The notes under the pieces were generated by a model. It was not told where the DNA came from. It saw only the letters and a list, made by a program, of their open reading frames with translations, and did not search any database. This document shows positions 37,222 to 45,277 of a stretch of 55,792 nt of DNA, in pieces (position 1 is the stretch's first letter; each line of letters starts with the position of its first letter). Where the stretch lies: IMG/VR virus record IMGVR_UViG_3300048592_000081, positions 1-55,792 of that record, one strand, 5' to 3'. The position numbers and the translations under genes are program-made. Source of the stretch: a virus. Its lineage: Duplodnaviria > Caudoviricetes.

Positions 37222-37354
37222 TTCGGTGATGAGGCGACCGCCGCTAGGCAGACACTCCGACATGAACCACCCGCATTGCGAGCCGCCCCATCACCGAAAT
37301 GCCCCGTCAGAACGGGGCACTCCCGACGCGCCGCAGCGCACGGGAGAAGGCCGG

Positions 37355-37696
37355 TCACATGCCTTCGTCGGCCTCTTCGAGCTTGGCCTTGGCCGCCTCG
37401 TACACCTTGTCGATCACCTTCGGATCGGTGATCTCGGCCATCTTGTCGACGCCGCCGACGTCCTTGATGATCGCCTTCGCGGCCGGCGTGCCGCACTTCT
37501 CCTTGACCTCGCCCAGCGCGGCCTGCATCTCTTCGCGGCTGTGCTTGGCCTCGTAGCCGGCCGGCTTCTCGGCGGCAGCGGGCTTCTCGGCCTTGGTCGC
37601 CTTGGCCGAAGCCGGCGCAGCGCCACCGGCCTTCATCGCAGCGGTCAGGGCAGTGACGGCAGCGGTCAGTTCTTCGATCTTCTGTTCGAGGGACAT
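37355..37696 (-). CDS. Ala/Lys-rich conserved phage replication-module protein
   Basis: AGGAG SD; MSLEQKIEELTAAV coiled N-terminus; usual neighbour of DUF2800. Confidence 0.85.
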   Translation of the reverse strand: MSLEQKIEELTAAVTALTAAMKAGGAAPASAKATKAEKPAAAEKPAGYEAKHSREEMQAALGEVKEKCGTPAAKAIIKDVGGVDKMAEITDPKVIDKVYEAAKAKLEEADEGM

Positions 37697-37781
37697 TGAA
37701 ACGATCTCCTAGCTAGAGAGTTGGCCTTGATGAATCCCTGCTGCCGAGTGGCCGGCTCGGCGGGATCTTGGGAAAGTGGGG

Positions 37782-38318
37782 TCAGCCCCGAGGCGTGCTG
37801 TCGGTGTACGGCTTGAAGTCCGGGCCTTTCCAGCCCGGCCGCTTCTGCACCTTGCCGTTGCTGTCCTTGATCGCCTTGCCGTCAACGAACTTGTCCAGGT
37901 TCGTGAAGGCGCCGTGCGCAATCGCGCCGTCCGGGTTCGGGCTTGTGCTGACGAGAGCACCGACAGCCACCCATGCCGTGTCGAACTGAGCGTCGATCAG
38001 GTCGGCGTGGTTGCAGCGAAGGATGTCGCCCTTGTGGTAGCCCTCACGGAACTCCTTCGCGTACCGGCGCAGGGTGTTGTGCAGGATGCCGAGGTGCGCC
38101 TGCTGCGCATCGGACACGCAGCCTCGCATGATGACCTCGATCATCTCGCCGACCTCTTCGAGCACGAGCCCCGTGTAGAGCGTCGCCTGTCGGGCGTGGA
38201 ACTTGCCGGTGCTCTGTCCTGCGGCCTCCATGAAGCCACGAACGGCATTGAACAGGTCGGTGTAGCACTCGCGGCGATTGTCGTCGGACTCGACGAGTTC
38301 GATGGGCATCTTCAGCAT
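37782..38318 (-). CDS. MazG-like/PRA-PH nucleotide pyrophosphohydrolase
   Basis: LV.EE..E, DA..D..WV..G, N..K...K..NGKV.K..GW..PD motifs; start uncertain (38339/38318/38309). Confidence 0.85.
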   Translation of the reverse strand: MLKMPIELVESDDNRRECYTDLFNAVRGFMEAAGQSTGKFHARQATLYTGLVLEEVGEMIEVIMRGCVSDAQQAHLGILHNTLRRYAKEFREGYHKGDILRCNHADLIDAQFDTAWVAVGALVSTSPNPDGAIAHGAFTNLDKFVDGKAIKDSNGKVQKRPGWKGPDFKPYTDSTPRG

Positions 38319-38357
38319 CTCCGTGTCTCGCGGACTCAAGGTCTTCGGGTTTAGGGT

Positions 38358-38430
38358 GTCGCTGCCATCCGGTCACACCTACTCGCTGGGGGAGGGACCA
38401 CTTTCGGCGCCGTGGAAGGACAGCAGCGAC
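38358..38430 (-). ncRNA. candidate structured 5' leader or small RNA (73 nt)
   Basis: 13-bp closing stem GUCGCUGCUGUCC/GGAUGGCAGCGAC beginning at the predicted +1 of the promoter. Confidence 0.45.
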
Positions 38431-38437
38431 GGGATGG

Positions 38438-38465
38438 ACTGTAGCACCTTCCGCTTGTCTGTCAA
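38438..38465 (-). promoter_or_regulatory. sigma70 promoter for the replication operon
   Basis: TTGACA-N16-TACAGT with extended TGn. Confidence 0.75.
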
Positions 38466-38510
38466 CTGTTTGTTGAGTCTATACTTGCCCCGCCTCGTCG
38501 GAGACCCCCT

Positions 38511-38798
38511 ATGCACTTCCCCTCCTGGATCGACAGGGGGCGCAGCCCGCTCACGCGGGCGCAGCGTCGCCTGAAGTACATGCTCTCACACGCCGCCCTG
38601 CGCAAGTACGGCCGGACGTCCATGCATGACCTCGCGCGTGACGTGGGCTGCAACCACTCGTCCATCTTCAACGCGATCAATCGCGGCCGATTCACCGACC
38701 AGATGGCCGAGTCCATCGAACGGGTGCTTGGCCGAAGCGAGCTACCGAAAGAATGGCTCATCGATCCGTTGAATGTTGGCGAGGTGAGCAATGCCTGA
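38511..38798 (+). CDS. Cro-like HTH regulator
   Basis: SMHDLARDVGCNHSSIFNAINRG HTH; GGAG SD; divergent from the replication operon. Confidence 0.8.
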   Translation: MHFPSWIDRGRSPLTRAQRRLKYMLSHAALRKYGRTSMHDLARDVGCNHSSIFNAINRGRFTDQMAESIERVLGRSELPKEWLIDPLNVGEVSNA

Positions 38799-41328
38799 TG
38801 AGGTGATCACACGAGACTTCCTGCGGCAACACGGAATCAACCTGATCGAGCAGGGCTACACCGTCGTTCCGATCCAGCAGGGCAAGAAGGCGCCGGGCTA
38901 CGAGGGTTGGCAGAAGGCGCAGGCGAGCAAGACGCAGATCCGCGAATGGCTCGACTCCGGGTTCAAGAATGCCGGCGTCGGCATCCTGACCAAGTACACC
39001 TGTGCGATCGACATCGACTGCATGGACGAGGCGACCGCCCTGCAGTTCGAGCAACGGTGCATCGAAAACATTGGTCCAGCGCCCGTGCGGATCGGCAAGG
39101 CGCCCAAGAGACTCTTGCTGTATCGCACCGTCGAGCCTTTCCGCAAGCGGCGATCGGCAGTCTATGTCGATGAGTGGGGTGAGAAACAACTGATCGAGGT
39201 GCTGGCTGATGGGCAGCAGTTCGTTGCTTTCCACATCCACCCCGAGACAGGCAAGCCCTATGAGTGGATCAACGGCAAGTCACCGTTGAACGTGCGGGCC
39301 GGTGAACTGACCGAGTTGCCCGCGGACAAGATCGAAACCTTGATCGCCGAGTTCGAGGTACACGCCGAGAAGCAGGGTTGGGATCTGCACAAGAAGGCTC
39401 ACAACAGTCTTGCGTCCACGGGCAGCACCGTCGATCACGACAACCCGTGGGTCGAGGACAGTGCACCAGTCACGATCGGTGACGAGGAACTGCGTACACG
39501 CCTGCTGCTCGTGCCCGGTTCGGACGACTACGACACATGGTCGCAAGTCGGCATGGCGCTCTATCACCAGTTCGACGGCGGGCAAACCGGCTTCGACTTG
39601 TGGAATGAATGGAGCGAGACTGCCGACAACTACGACCCCGATGCCCTTGAGCGCCATTGGAAGTCGTTTGACATCAGCGGCAAGAAGCGTGCGCCGCTGA
39701 CCGCCCGTTTCATCCTGCGGCTGTCCAAGGAGGCAGTCGAGCGCACGGCAATCGAACTGTCGGTCAAGCTCAAGGACGCCTTCATCAATGCCAATGACCT
39801 CGCAGCGTGGGAGAAGGCCCGGCAGATGGCACGGACGGCCGAGATCGACGGCCTTGCCCGGTCGGCACTGGCTGTGGTGGCGAAGGAACGGCGTGACGCT
39901 ATTACCGGCACCAAAACGTCGCTGACCGAGATTAAGAAGGCGATCTCCTTCCTGCCGAAGAAGTCCGAACGAACACCGTCTTGGTGTGAAGGATGGGTCT
40001 ACGACGTGTCGGATGACCGTTTCCTGCACGTCGAGCGGAAGATCACATGCACCAAGCAGGGCTTCGATGCCATGTACGACAGGCAGGCATTGACGAAGAA
40101 GGACATTCTCGACGGCAAGGCATCACCCTCTCAGTCGGCCAGTCAGCTTGCGCTTACGCTGTACCGCATCCCGACTGTCGACGGCAGGCGCTACATGCCC
40201 GGCCGCGATGCCATCTTCCACGAACCTGACGGCACGTTCGCCAACACCTATCCCGAGCACGAGATCCCGGACAAGCCCGAGAAGGTCTTGCCGCGAGACA
40301 CACGCAACATCGAGCGGGTCAAGAAGCACATCGCCCACTTGTTGAGCGATCCCAAGGAGCAACGACTGCTGCTCGATTGGCTCTCCTGGGTCGTCCAGAA
40401 CCCAGGCAAGCACGTCAACTACGCCGTGCTGCTGCAGGGTGTTGAGGGTGACGGCAAGTCATTCTTCGCCGAACTGATGCGAACGGTCATGGGTGTGTCC
40501 AACGTGACCATGTTGAATGCCCACTCTGTCGTCAATTCCGACTTCACGGATTGGGCTTACGGTCAGTGCTTGTGCTGCGTCGAGGAAGTTCGCATCACCG
40601 GCACGAAGGGGCGTGACAAGTGGCAGGCGATCAACAAGATCAAGCCGTTCATCACTAACAACATCATCGAGATCCACCCCAAGGGAAAGTCTGTCATCAA
40701 CGTGACGAACACCTCGTCGTACATGCTGTTCTCGAACTACAAGGACGCATTGCCGCTCGACGACAACAGCCGCCGCTACCTCGTCCTCTTCTCGAAGTGG
40801 CAGCGCAAGGAAGACATTCTTGCCTTCAAGGAGGACAACCCGTCCTACTACATCCGCCTGTACGGGGCACTCGGCGAGTCGGCAGGCGCCTTGCGGCAAT
40901 GGCTCCTTGACCACGAGCAGCACGAGACTTTCAACCCGCTCGGCGACGCACCCGAGACTCGCCATCTGAAGGTGATGGTCCGCAAGTCCAAGCCCGAGTT
41001 CATCCAGGTGCTCGACGACATCATCGAAGAGGACGAGACCCTTGAGGCATGCCGCGAGTTGGTGGACATCACCGGACTGCAGGATGCCATGCTGTTGAGA
41101 GGAATCGACTGGCCCGGACCCAAGGCTTTGTCGTCCATGCTTGAGTACGATGGATATGAAATCATTGGGAAGGTCAGGCTTGCGGGTGACGGCGGCATCC
41201 ACAAGTTCTATTCAAAACATCCAGAACGCTTCACCTCCTTCAGTGAAAAGACTGGAATGTCGCCTGACCCGTCCAAGGTGCGGGCCTTCATGACGGAACG
41301 GGCGCGACGACTGCTCGACGATCTTTGA
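38791..41328 (+). CDS. primase-polymerase / PriCT-2 / SF3-type helicase fusion
   Basis: Prim-Pol AIDID and HP.TG.PY.W; DYDTW..VGMAL PriCT-2; Walker A GVEGDGKS, Walker B CVEE, SN motif C, SRRY. Confidence 0.92.
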   Translation: MPDEVITRDFLRQHGINLIEQGYTVVPIQQGKKAPGYEGWQKAQASKTQIREWLDSGFKNAGVGILTKYTCAIDIDCMDEATALQFEQRCIENIGPAPVRIGKAPKRLLLYRTVEPFRKRRSAVYVDEWGEKQLIEVLADGQQFVAFHIHPETGKPYEWINGKSPLNVRAGELTELPADKIETLIAEFEVHAEKQGWDLHKKAHNSLASTGSTVDHDNPWVEDSAPVTIGDEELRTRLLLVPGSDDYDTWSQVGMALYHQFDGGQTGFDLWNEWSETADNYDPDALERHWKSFDISGKKRAPLTARFILRLSKEAVERTAIELSVKLKDAFINANDLAAWEKARQMARTAEIDGLARSALAVVAKERRDAITGTKTSLTEIKKAISFLPKKSERTPSWCEGWVYDVSDDRFLHVERKITCTKQGFDAMYDRQALTKKDILDGKASPSQSASQLALTLYRIPTVDGRRYMPGRDAIFHEPDGTFANTYPEHEIPDKPEKVLPRDTRNIERVKKHIAHLLSDPKEQRLLLDWLSWVVQNPGKHVNYAVLLQGVEGDGKSFFAELMRTVMGVSNVTMLNAHSVVNSDFTDWAYGQCLCCVEEVRITGTKGRDKWQAINKIKPFITNNIIEIHPKGKSVINVTNTSSYMLFSNYKDALPLDDNSRRYLVLFSKWQRKEDILAFKEDNPSYYIRLYGALGESAGALRQWLLDHEQHETFNPLGDAPETRHLKVMVRKSKPEFIQVLDDIIEEDETLEACRELVDITGLQDAMLLRGIDWPGPKALSSMLEYDGYEIIGKVRLAGDGGIHKFYSKHPERFTSFSEKTGMSPDPSKVRAFMTERARRLLDDL

Positions 41329-41356
41329 GTGTTTTTCACTCCGAGTGCTTTTCATT

Positions 41357-41382
41357 GCCGCCTTCGGGCGGCTCTATTTTTT
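41357..41382 (+). terminator. intrinsic terminator after the primase
   Basis: GCCGCC-TTCG-GGCGGC followed by TCTATTTTTT. Confidence 0.8.
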
Positions 41383-41459
41383 CCATTGGACCCACTTTTT
41401 GATAGCCAAAAGCTATCACGCTGCTTAAAAAGCAGTCAATTTAACTGCCCAACACCCCT

Positions 41460-41578
41460 TTGTTCCAGATGTTCCAAATCACCCCTAGTTCTGGCTCCGT
41501 GCGTAGGGGAAAAAAAATTACAACAAAAATTTTGGTGGCAAGGGTGGAACTCGCCCTTTTATGGAACATCTGGAACAA
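41460..41578. repeat. 17-bp inverted repeat flanking an A/T-tract core; candidate replication origin
   Basis: TTGTTCCAGATGTTCCA (41460-41476) and TGGAACATCTGGAACAA (41562-41578). Confidence 0.7.
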
Positions 41579-41781
41579 GACCCAGGTTGAGTGCTTTTCA
41601 TTGAAGCCATCCCGCACTTCTGCCAAACGAGTCACCTCATTGGCCGGCGAGTCTTTCACACAGATCGAGTCTTTTTCATTGGTCTAACGGCTGTTCTGAC
41701 AAACTTTGTCGCCGAATAGCCGTTTCGACGACAGTTGAGTCGTAGGATTAAAACCCAATTCAAGATTTTGCGAGAAAGGCG

Positions 41782-41793
41782 GCTCTGCGCCCC
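41782..41793 (-). other. candidate cos site (12-nt cohesive end)
   Basis: Minus strand reads GGGGCGCAGAGC, 11/12 identical to the phage Chi cohesive end as I recall it (GGTGCGCAGAGC); lies in the long non-coding gap beyond the primase. Confidence 0.6.
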
Positions 41794-42034
41794 CGCCCGG
41801 CTCGAACGGCACGCGGAGGGACCCATTGGCCCCCATAACATCCCTCTAGATCAATCCAGAATCACGCAGGATCGACGAACGCGGTCAACCCTAGTGCACC
41901 CTACATGCCAGCCATTCCGAATGCCAGAAACGCGGGAAATCGGCCGCGTCGCCCATTGCGTTTCAATGGCATGCGTGAGTGTCTTTGACTGGCCCAGCTA
42001 GGGGCACGAGGGGCAATGCATCCCGCATGCCCAC

Positions 42035-42065
42035 AAAGCAAAAGCCCGGCGCATCGGCCGGGCTT
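42035..42065 (-). terminator. intrinsic terminator ending the leftward accessory operon
   Basis: AAGCCCGGC-N6-GCCGGGCTT perfect stem followed by TTGCTTT on the minus strand. Confidence 0.8.
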
Positions 42066-42088
42066 GAATGGGGGGAGATCGGTCTAGG

Positions 42089-42241
42089 TTAAACGTCCGG
42101 CATCAAAGCCGCACCGATCCCCTGCCCCACTGCAAAGACCCATAGTGCATCCCCTGGGGCACCAGACACTAGAAGAACGAACCCGGAGACCGCTGCACCC
42201 ACGGAAGACAGTAGAGCCAGCATAACGCGCGCCGCAATCAT
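42089..42241 (-). CDS. 50-aa hydrophobic (two-TM) protein
   Basis: Not in the ORF track; ATGA-coupled; MIAARVMLALLSSVGAAVSGFVLLVSGAPGDALWVFAVGQGIGAALMPDV. Confidence 0.6.
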   Translation of the reverse strand: MIAARVMLALLSSVGAAVSGFVLLVSGAPGDALWVFAVGQGIGAALMPDV

Positions 42242-42564
42242 GCTGCACCCCCCATGCCATAGGACAAACGCCGACCTAGCTTGAATTGCACCCCTTCCGC
42301 TGCGCCCGGTATGTCATTCCATCGCATGAACAACATTACCGCATCCGCGGGCCATACCGGCGCATCCTGGGGCGCATGAGGCAAGCGCCTAGGCTTGATT
42401 GGCTGACATGCGCGCATGTAGTCGATAGAGCATTCAGAATGCCCTTCTTCCGGGTCGAAACATTCAATCCACCACTGGTGCGGAGAATGCGAACGATTGA
42501 CAAAGAACAAAACCAATCGGCCGGTTTCCCGATCTCGGCGGATAACAACGGTTTCGGTTTTCAT
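42238..42564 (-). CDS. hypothetical protein
   Basis: ATG 42564 after GGGGAATGACGTC junction. Confidence 0.7.
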   Translation of the reverse strand: MKTETVVIRRDRETGRLVLFFVNRSHSPHQWWIECFDPEEGHSECSIDYMRACQPIKPRRLPHAPQDAPVWPADAVMLFMRWNDIPGAAEGVQFKLGRRLSYGMGGAA

Positions 42565-42568
42565 GACG

Positions 42569-42976
42569 TCATTCCCCGATATAGAAATAAACCCGCCCAT
42601 CCGATCCGCGGAACAAACGCGAGGAACACACCCCTTGCATTGCTAGCTTTTCGTATTCCTCCCATTCCTCATCCGTGCTATCCGTGCCAATCCCACATTC
42701 CCGAATGTCTCCACTTATCCATTGAATCAGCAGCGCTGACAGTTCATTGTCAGACCATGCGCGGATCTCTTCATCGCTCCATCCGCCCGAGGATCGAACG
42801 AAAGCCCGGAAAGCTTCGCATTTCTCTTCCGTGTCGAGAATCGGATAGTCCGGCGCATCCTCGCACGCATGGCCCCAGGTAACGCGGCCAGCGTCGCGCC
42901 CGATCTCGGCCACGCTGGCCGAATAGTCGCGCGGCGCAGCATTGCGGAAAAAATCAGTGATGTCGAGTTCCATCAT
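42569..42976 (-). CDS. acidic hypothetical protein
   Basis: SAS.AE.G..AG..TW...G.W...EI..W...L.ALLIQ phage-like motif. Confidence 0.8.
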   Translation of the reverse strand: MMELDITDFFRNAAPRDYSASVAEIGRDAGRVTWGHACEDAPDYPILDTEEKCEAFRAFVRSSGGWSDEEIRAWSDNELSALLIQWISGDIRECGIGTDSTDEEWEEYEKLAMQGVCSSRLFRGSDGRVYFYIGE

Positions 42977-43219
42977 TCATTCCCCTTTGCAATGCGACAC
43001 TTCGCAATAAATCGGCGCCCCTTGGGAGAAATCAACCCGCGTGAACCCGTCCGTATAAAGTGGATCGGCACTCGCGTAAAGGTGCAATTCTTCGGGCGCA
43101 TCCTCATTGCCGATGATGACAAACGATTGAAAAGGTGGGAGACCCGGAACCCCTTTTAATGCGGTTTCTTTCAACCATTGGACATCGGTCGGATCATTCA
43201 AGAATTGTTGATGCATCAT
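42977..43219 (-). CDS. hypothetical protein
   Basis: Coupled ORF in the leftward operon. Confidence 0.7.
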   Translation of the reverse strand: MMHQQFLNDPTDVQWLKETALKGVPGLPPFQSFVIIGNEDAPEELHLYASADPLYTDGFTRVDFSQGAPIYCEVSHCKGE

Positions 43220-43467
43220 TCAACCCCTACTGTTGCGGCTTGTTTCTTTGTCACGTCCTTAAATGATTTCGGCCACTGCCCATCACTGGCGCGCCCATAG
43301 GCGACAGTGAAAAAGTGACCATCGGCCACACCTTCGATAATGTTGCATTTCCGTGCGCGCGGGTTCTTCTCAAAGAACAACAAAGCCGCAGCGCTTGCAG
43401 TGTCGGCCACTGCCGAAGAATGAGATCCGGAATAAGCCTGGAATGATTTAACTTGATTGGTCATCAT
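43216..43467 (-). CDS. hypothetical protein
   Basis: Coupled ORF in the leftward operon. Confidence 0.7.
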   Translation of the reverse strand: MMTNQVKSFQAYSGSHSSAVADTASAAALLFFEKNPRARKCNIIEGVADGHFFTVAYGRASDGQWPKSFKDVTKKQAATVGVE

Positions 43468-43991
43468 TCCACCCCCTCGGTTTCGTTCTCCGCGTCACAT
43501 TGCGCCCGGTATTCCCGCTCGCACTCCGCAACAATGCGCGCCGATTCATCCGCGGCATATGCGGCATCAATCGCATTGTCGTGAATCGGGGCATAGTCGA
43601 CAGCCGATGCCATACCCTGCCCCATGGTCCACCCGGACAGAAACCCTCGGTCATGCGGCAATCGAAGGACAATGCCGCGAATGACGTCCGAACAATCATC
43701 GTCGACATACCATCCTTCATGATGGATTCGCGCGCCTTCGATTTCGTCACAGTAATCGAATCGAAGACCATAGGCGCGCGTACCATCAAGATAGAACCCG
43801 CGGCCGTCCGTATTGTTCGGGGTCGGCGCATGGTAATAATCACCAATCATGCCGCGCCGCGCGCGATTCGCAAAGCGCTGTGCCAGTGTTTCGGTCGGCA
43901 GTGTTCCGACATACCTGGGGAATGAGAAACCCGCAAACGTGAATTGCGGCAATCCGCAATCCGCAAGGGATGGAGTGCGTTTAATCAACAT
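43464..43991 (-). CDS. hypothetical protein
   Basis: ATG 43991 after GGGGAATGACGTC; H.GWY.D...RG.V.RLPH.R.F..G...AA.AAD..A...AE.EREY motif. Confidence 0.75.
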   Translation of the reverse strand: MLIKRTPSLADCGLPQFTFAGFSFPRYVGTLPTETLAQRFANRARRGMIGDYYHAPTPNNTDGRGFYLDGTRAYGLRFDYCDEIEGARIHHEGWYVDDDCSDVIRGIVLRLPHDRGFLSGWTMGQGMASAVDYAPIHDNAIDAAYAADESARIVAECEREYRAQCDAENETEGVE

Positions 43992-43995
43992 GACG

Positions 43996-44421
43996 TCATT
44001 CCCCCTTAGCGTTGACGCACGGGTAAGACTCCCCTTCACCCGGCCGAGTATCGTCGTGCCAGTCAATGAAGAAACACAAAGCCGCACCCCGCACGTCCCA
44101 TCGTCCACATTGCCCATTGGAGGCAATGCGGCCGGAATAGCCGAGATGCCGCGCAGCTACGCGCGCCGCGCCGCGCATAGTCGATGCCATGACAGAAAAT
44201 CGACGGACAAAACAATAGTTCGCTTCTCCGCCGAAAGTGTCGGTGAATTCGACATTCCACCGGACTACGGAATTGCGCCGGATATAGCGCTGCAGTCTGC
44301 CCATTGCCGACGCGAGACCCGGAGTTGGATTTTGTGCAAACGCACGTCGAGCTTGTTCAAGATGTTGCCGAGCTTGGTCGACCCGTGCGGCTTGGTTTTC
44401 GTTCATGGTTGGCCCCTTCAC
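43996..44421 (-). CDS. hypothetical protein
   Basis: E.TDTFGGEANY..V.R phage-like motif; start 44421 or 44406. Confidence 0.75.
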   Translation of the reverse strand: MKGPTMNENQAARVDQARQHLEQARRAFAQNPTPGLASAMGRLQRYIRRNSVVRWNVEFTDTFGGEANYCFVRRFSVMASTMRGAARVAARHLGYSGRIASNGQCGRWDVRGAALCFFIDWHDDTRPGEGESYPCVNAKGE

Positions 44422-44981
44422 TTTCTAGAAATGTAGATCCCGCCGACATACAAGTCACGTTTGTGGCCATATGGGGAATCCACGTAACGAATGGCGGGAT
44501 TTTCAATGCCGATCCGGCGCACGGTATCGGCACAAACGTGCTCCCAATGCGATCCGTAGCCGTATTGAAAGGGAACGATGATTGAGTGCCATCCGTCATT
44601 CTGCGGAATCTCAATTCGCGCAGTGAAGTATGAATTACCATTGACGGAATCGAACCATCGGCGCACGATGCAATGGATAGCCGATCCATCGTAACCGTCG
44701 CGGATCGTTTCGAGGCAATGCTCGATTGTCTGATCTTGCACGATGCGCGCGGCTTCGCTGATTTCGGCCGGACGGAATTTCGATCCGTAACGCTGGCGCA
44801 TGTTGCGCGCCGCATCGTTGCAAATGTCACGGAATGTCATGCCGCGATGAGATGCCCCCTGCAACATCGCATAGCCGATATGGCACCGATCCCGATAGAT
44901 CGCGCCATCATTCATTACGGTTAAAACAAGATCGTTTGCGCCTGCAGTGGTGGCGCCGGTTTCAAACGTCGGAGTTTTCAT
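44418..44981 (-). CDS. hypothetical protein
   Basis: ATG 44981; RWFD..NGNSYF and PFQYGYG motifs. Confidence 0.75.
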   Translation of the reverse strand: MKTPTFETGATTAGANDLVLTVMNDGAIYRDRCHIGYAMLQGASHRGMTFRDICNDAARNMRQRYGSKFRPAEISEAARIVQDQTIEHCLETIRDGYDGSAIHCIVRRWFDSVNGNSYFTARIEIPQNDGWHSIIVPFQYGYGSHWEHVCADTVRRIGIENPAIRYVDSPYGHKRDLYVGGIYISRK

Positions 44982-45001
44982 AGGTTGCCCTAGTGAGAAT
45001 G

Positions 45002-45091
45002 TCAGACAAGCCCCAGTGCGCGCAGAGTGCGCAACATCGGGAAAGAAAGCCCCGCCCCTGCAGCGGCGCATGCCAGAAGAACGAGGATCAT
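45002..45091 (-). CDS. 29-aa hydrophobic peptide, first ORF of the leftward operon
   Basis: MILVLLACAAAGAGLSFPMLRTLRALGLV; same GGGCAACCTATG start context as the next gene. Confidence 0.45.
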   Translation of the reverse strand: MILVLLACAAAGAGLSFPMLRTLRALGLV

Positions 45092-45140
45092 AGGTTGCCC
45101 CTTGTTTGCGCCGTCGACACTGTGTCAGCGGCATGAATGC

Positions 45141-45169
45141 ATCATCGGCACCATGGGGGCCATTGTCAA
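45141..45169 (-). promoter_or_regulatory. candidate sigma70 promoter of the leftward operon
   Basis: TTGACA-N17-GATGAT. Confidence 0.55.
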
Positions 45170-45216
45170 GCGTCATTCGTCGCATTGTTACAATTTTGTC
45201 GTGCGTGGCATTGTGA

Positions 45217-45277
45217 CTCGGCGCCATCCCGCTAGCCCCCTGCAGCGCTCGGCGCCATCCCGCTAGCCCCCTGCAGC
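45217..45277. repeat. direct repeat, 2 x 30 bp (31-bp period)
   Basis: CTCGGCGCCATCCCGCTAGCCCCCTGCAGC at 45217 and 45248. Confidence 0.95.

Noticed and set aside
38358-38430. tRNA gene
   Set aside because: Right size, but no TTC-containing T-loop, D-loop GG or cloverleaf spacing; kept only as a structured RNA candidate.
38511-38798. Lysogeny module
   Set aside because: Only a short Cro-like HTH; no integrase, CI with peptidase domain, or ParA seen.
45015-45035. Alternative cos-like sequence GTGCGCGCAGAGT
   Set aside because: Poorer match than 41782-41793 and lies within a probable small ORF.
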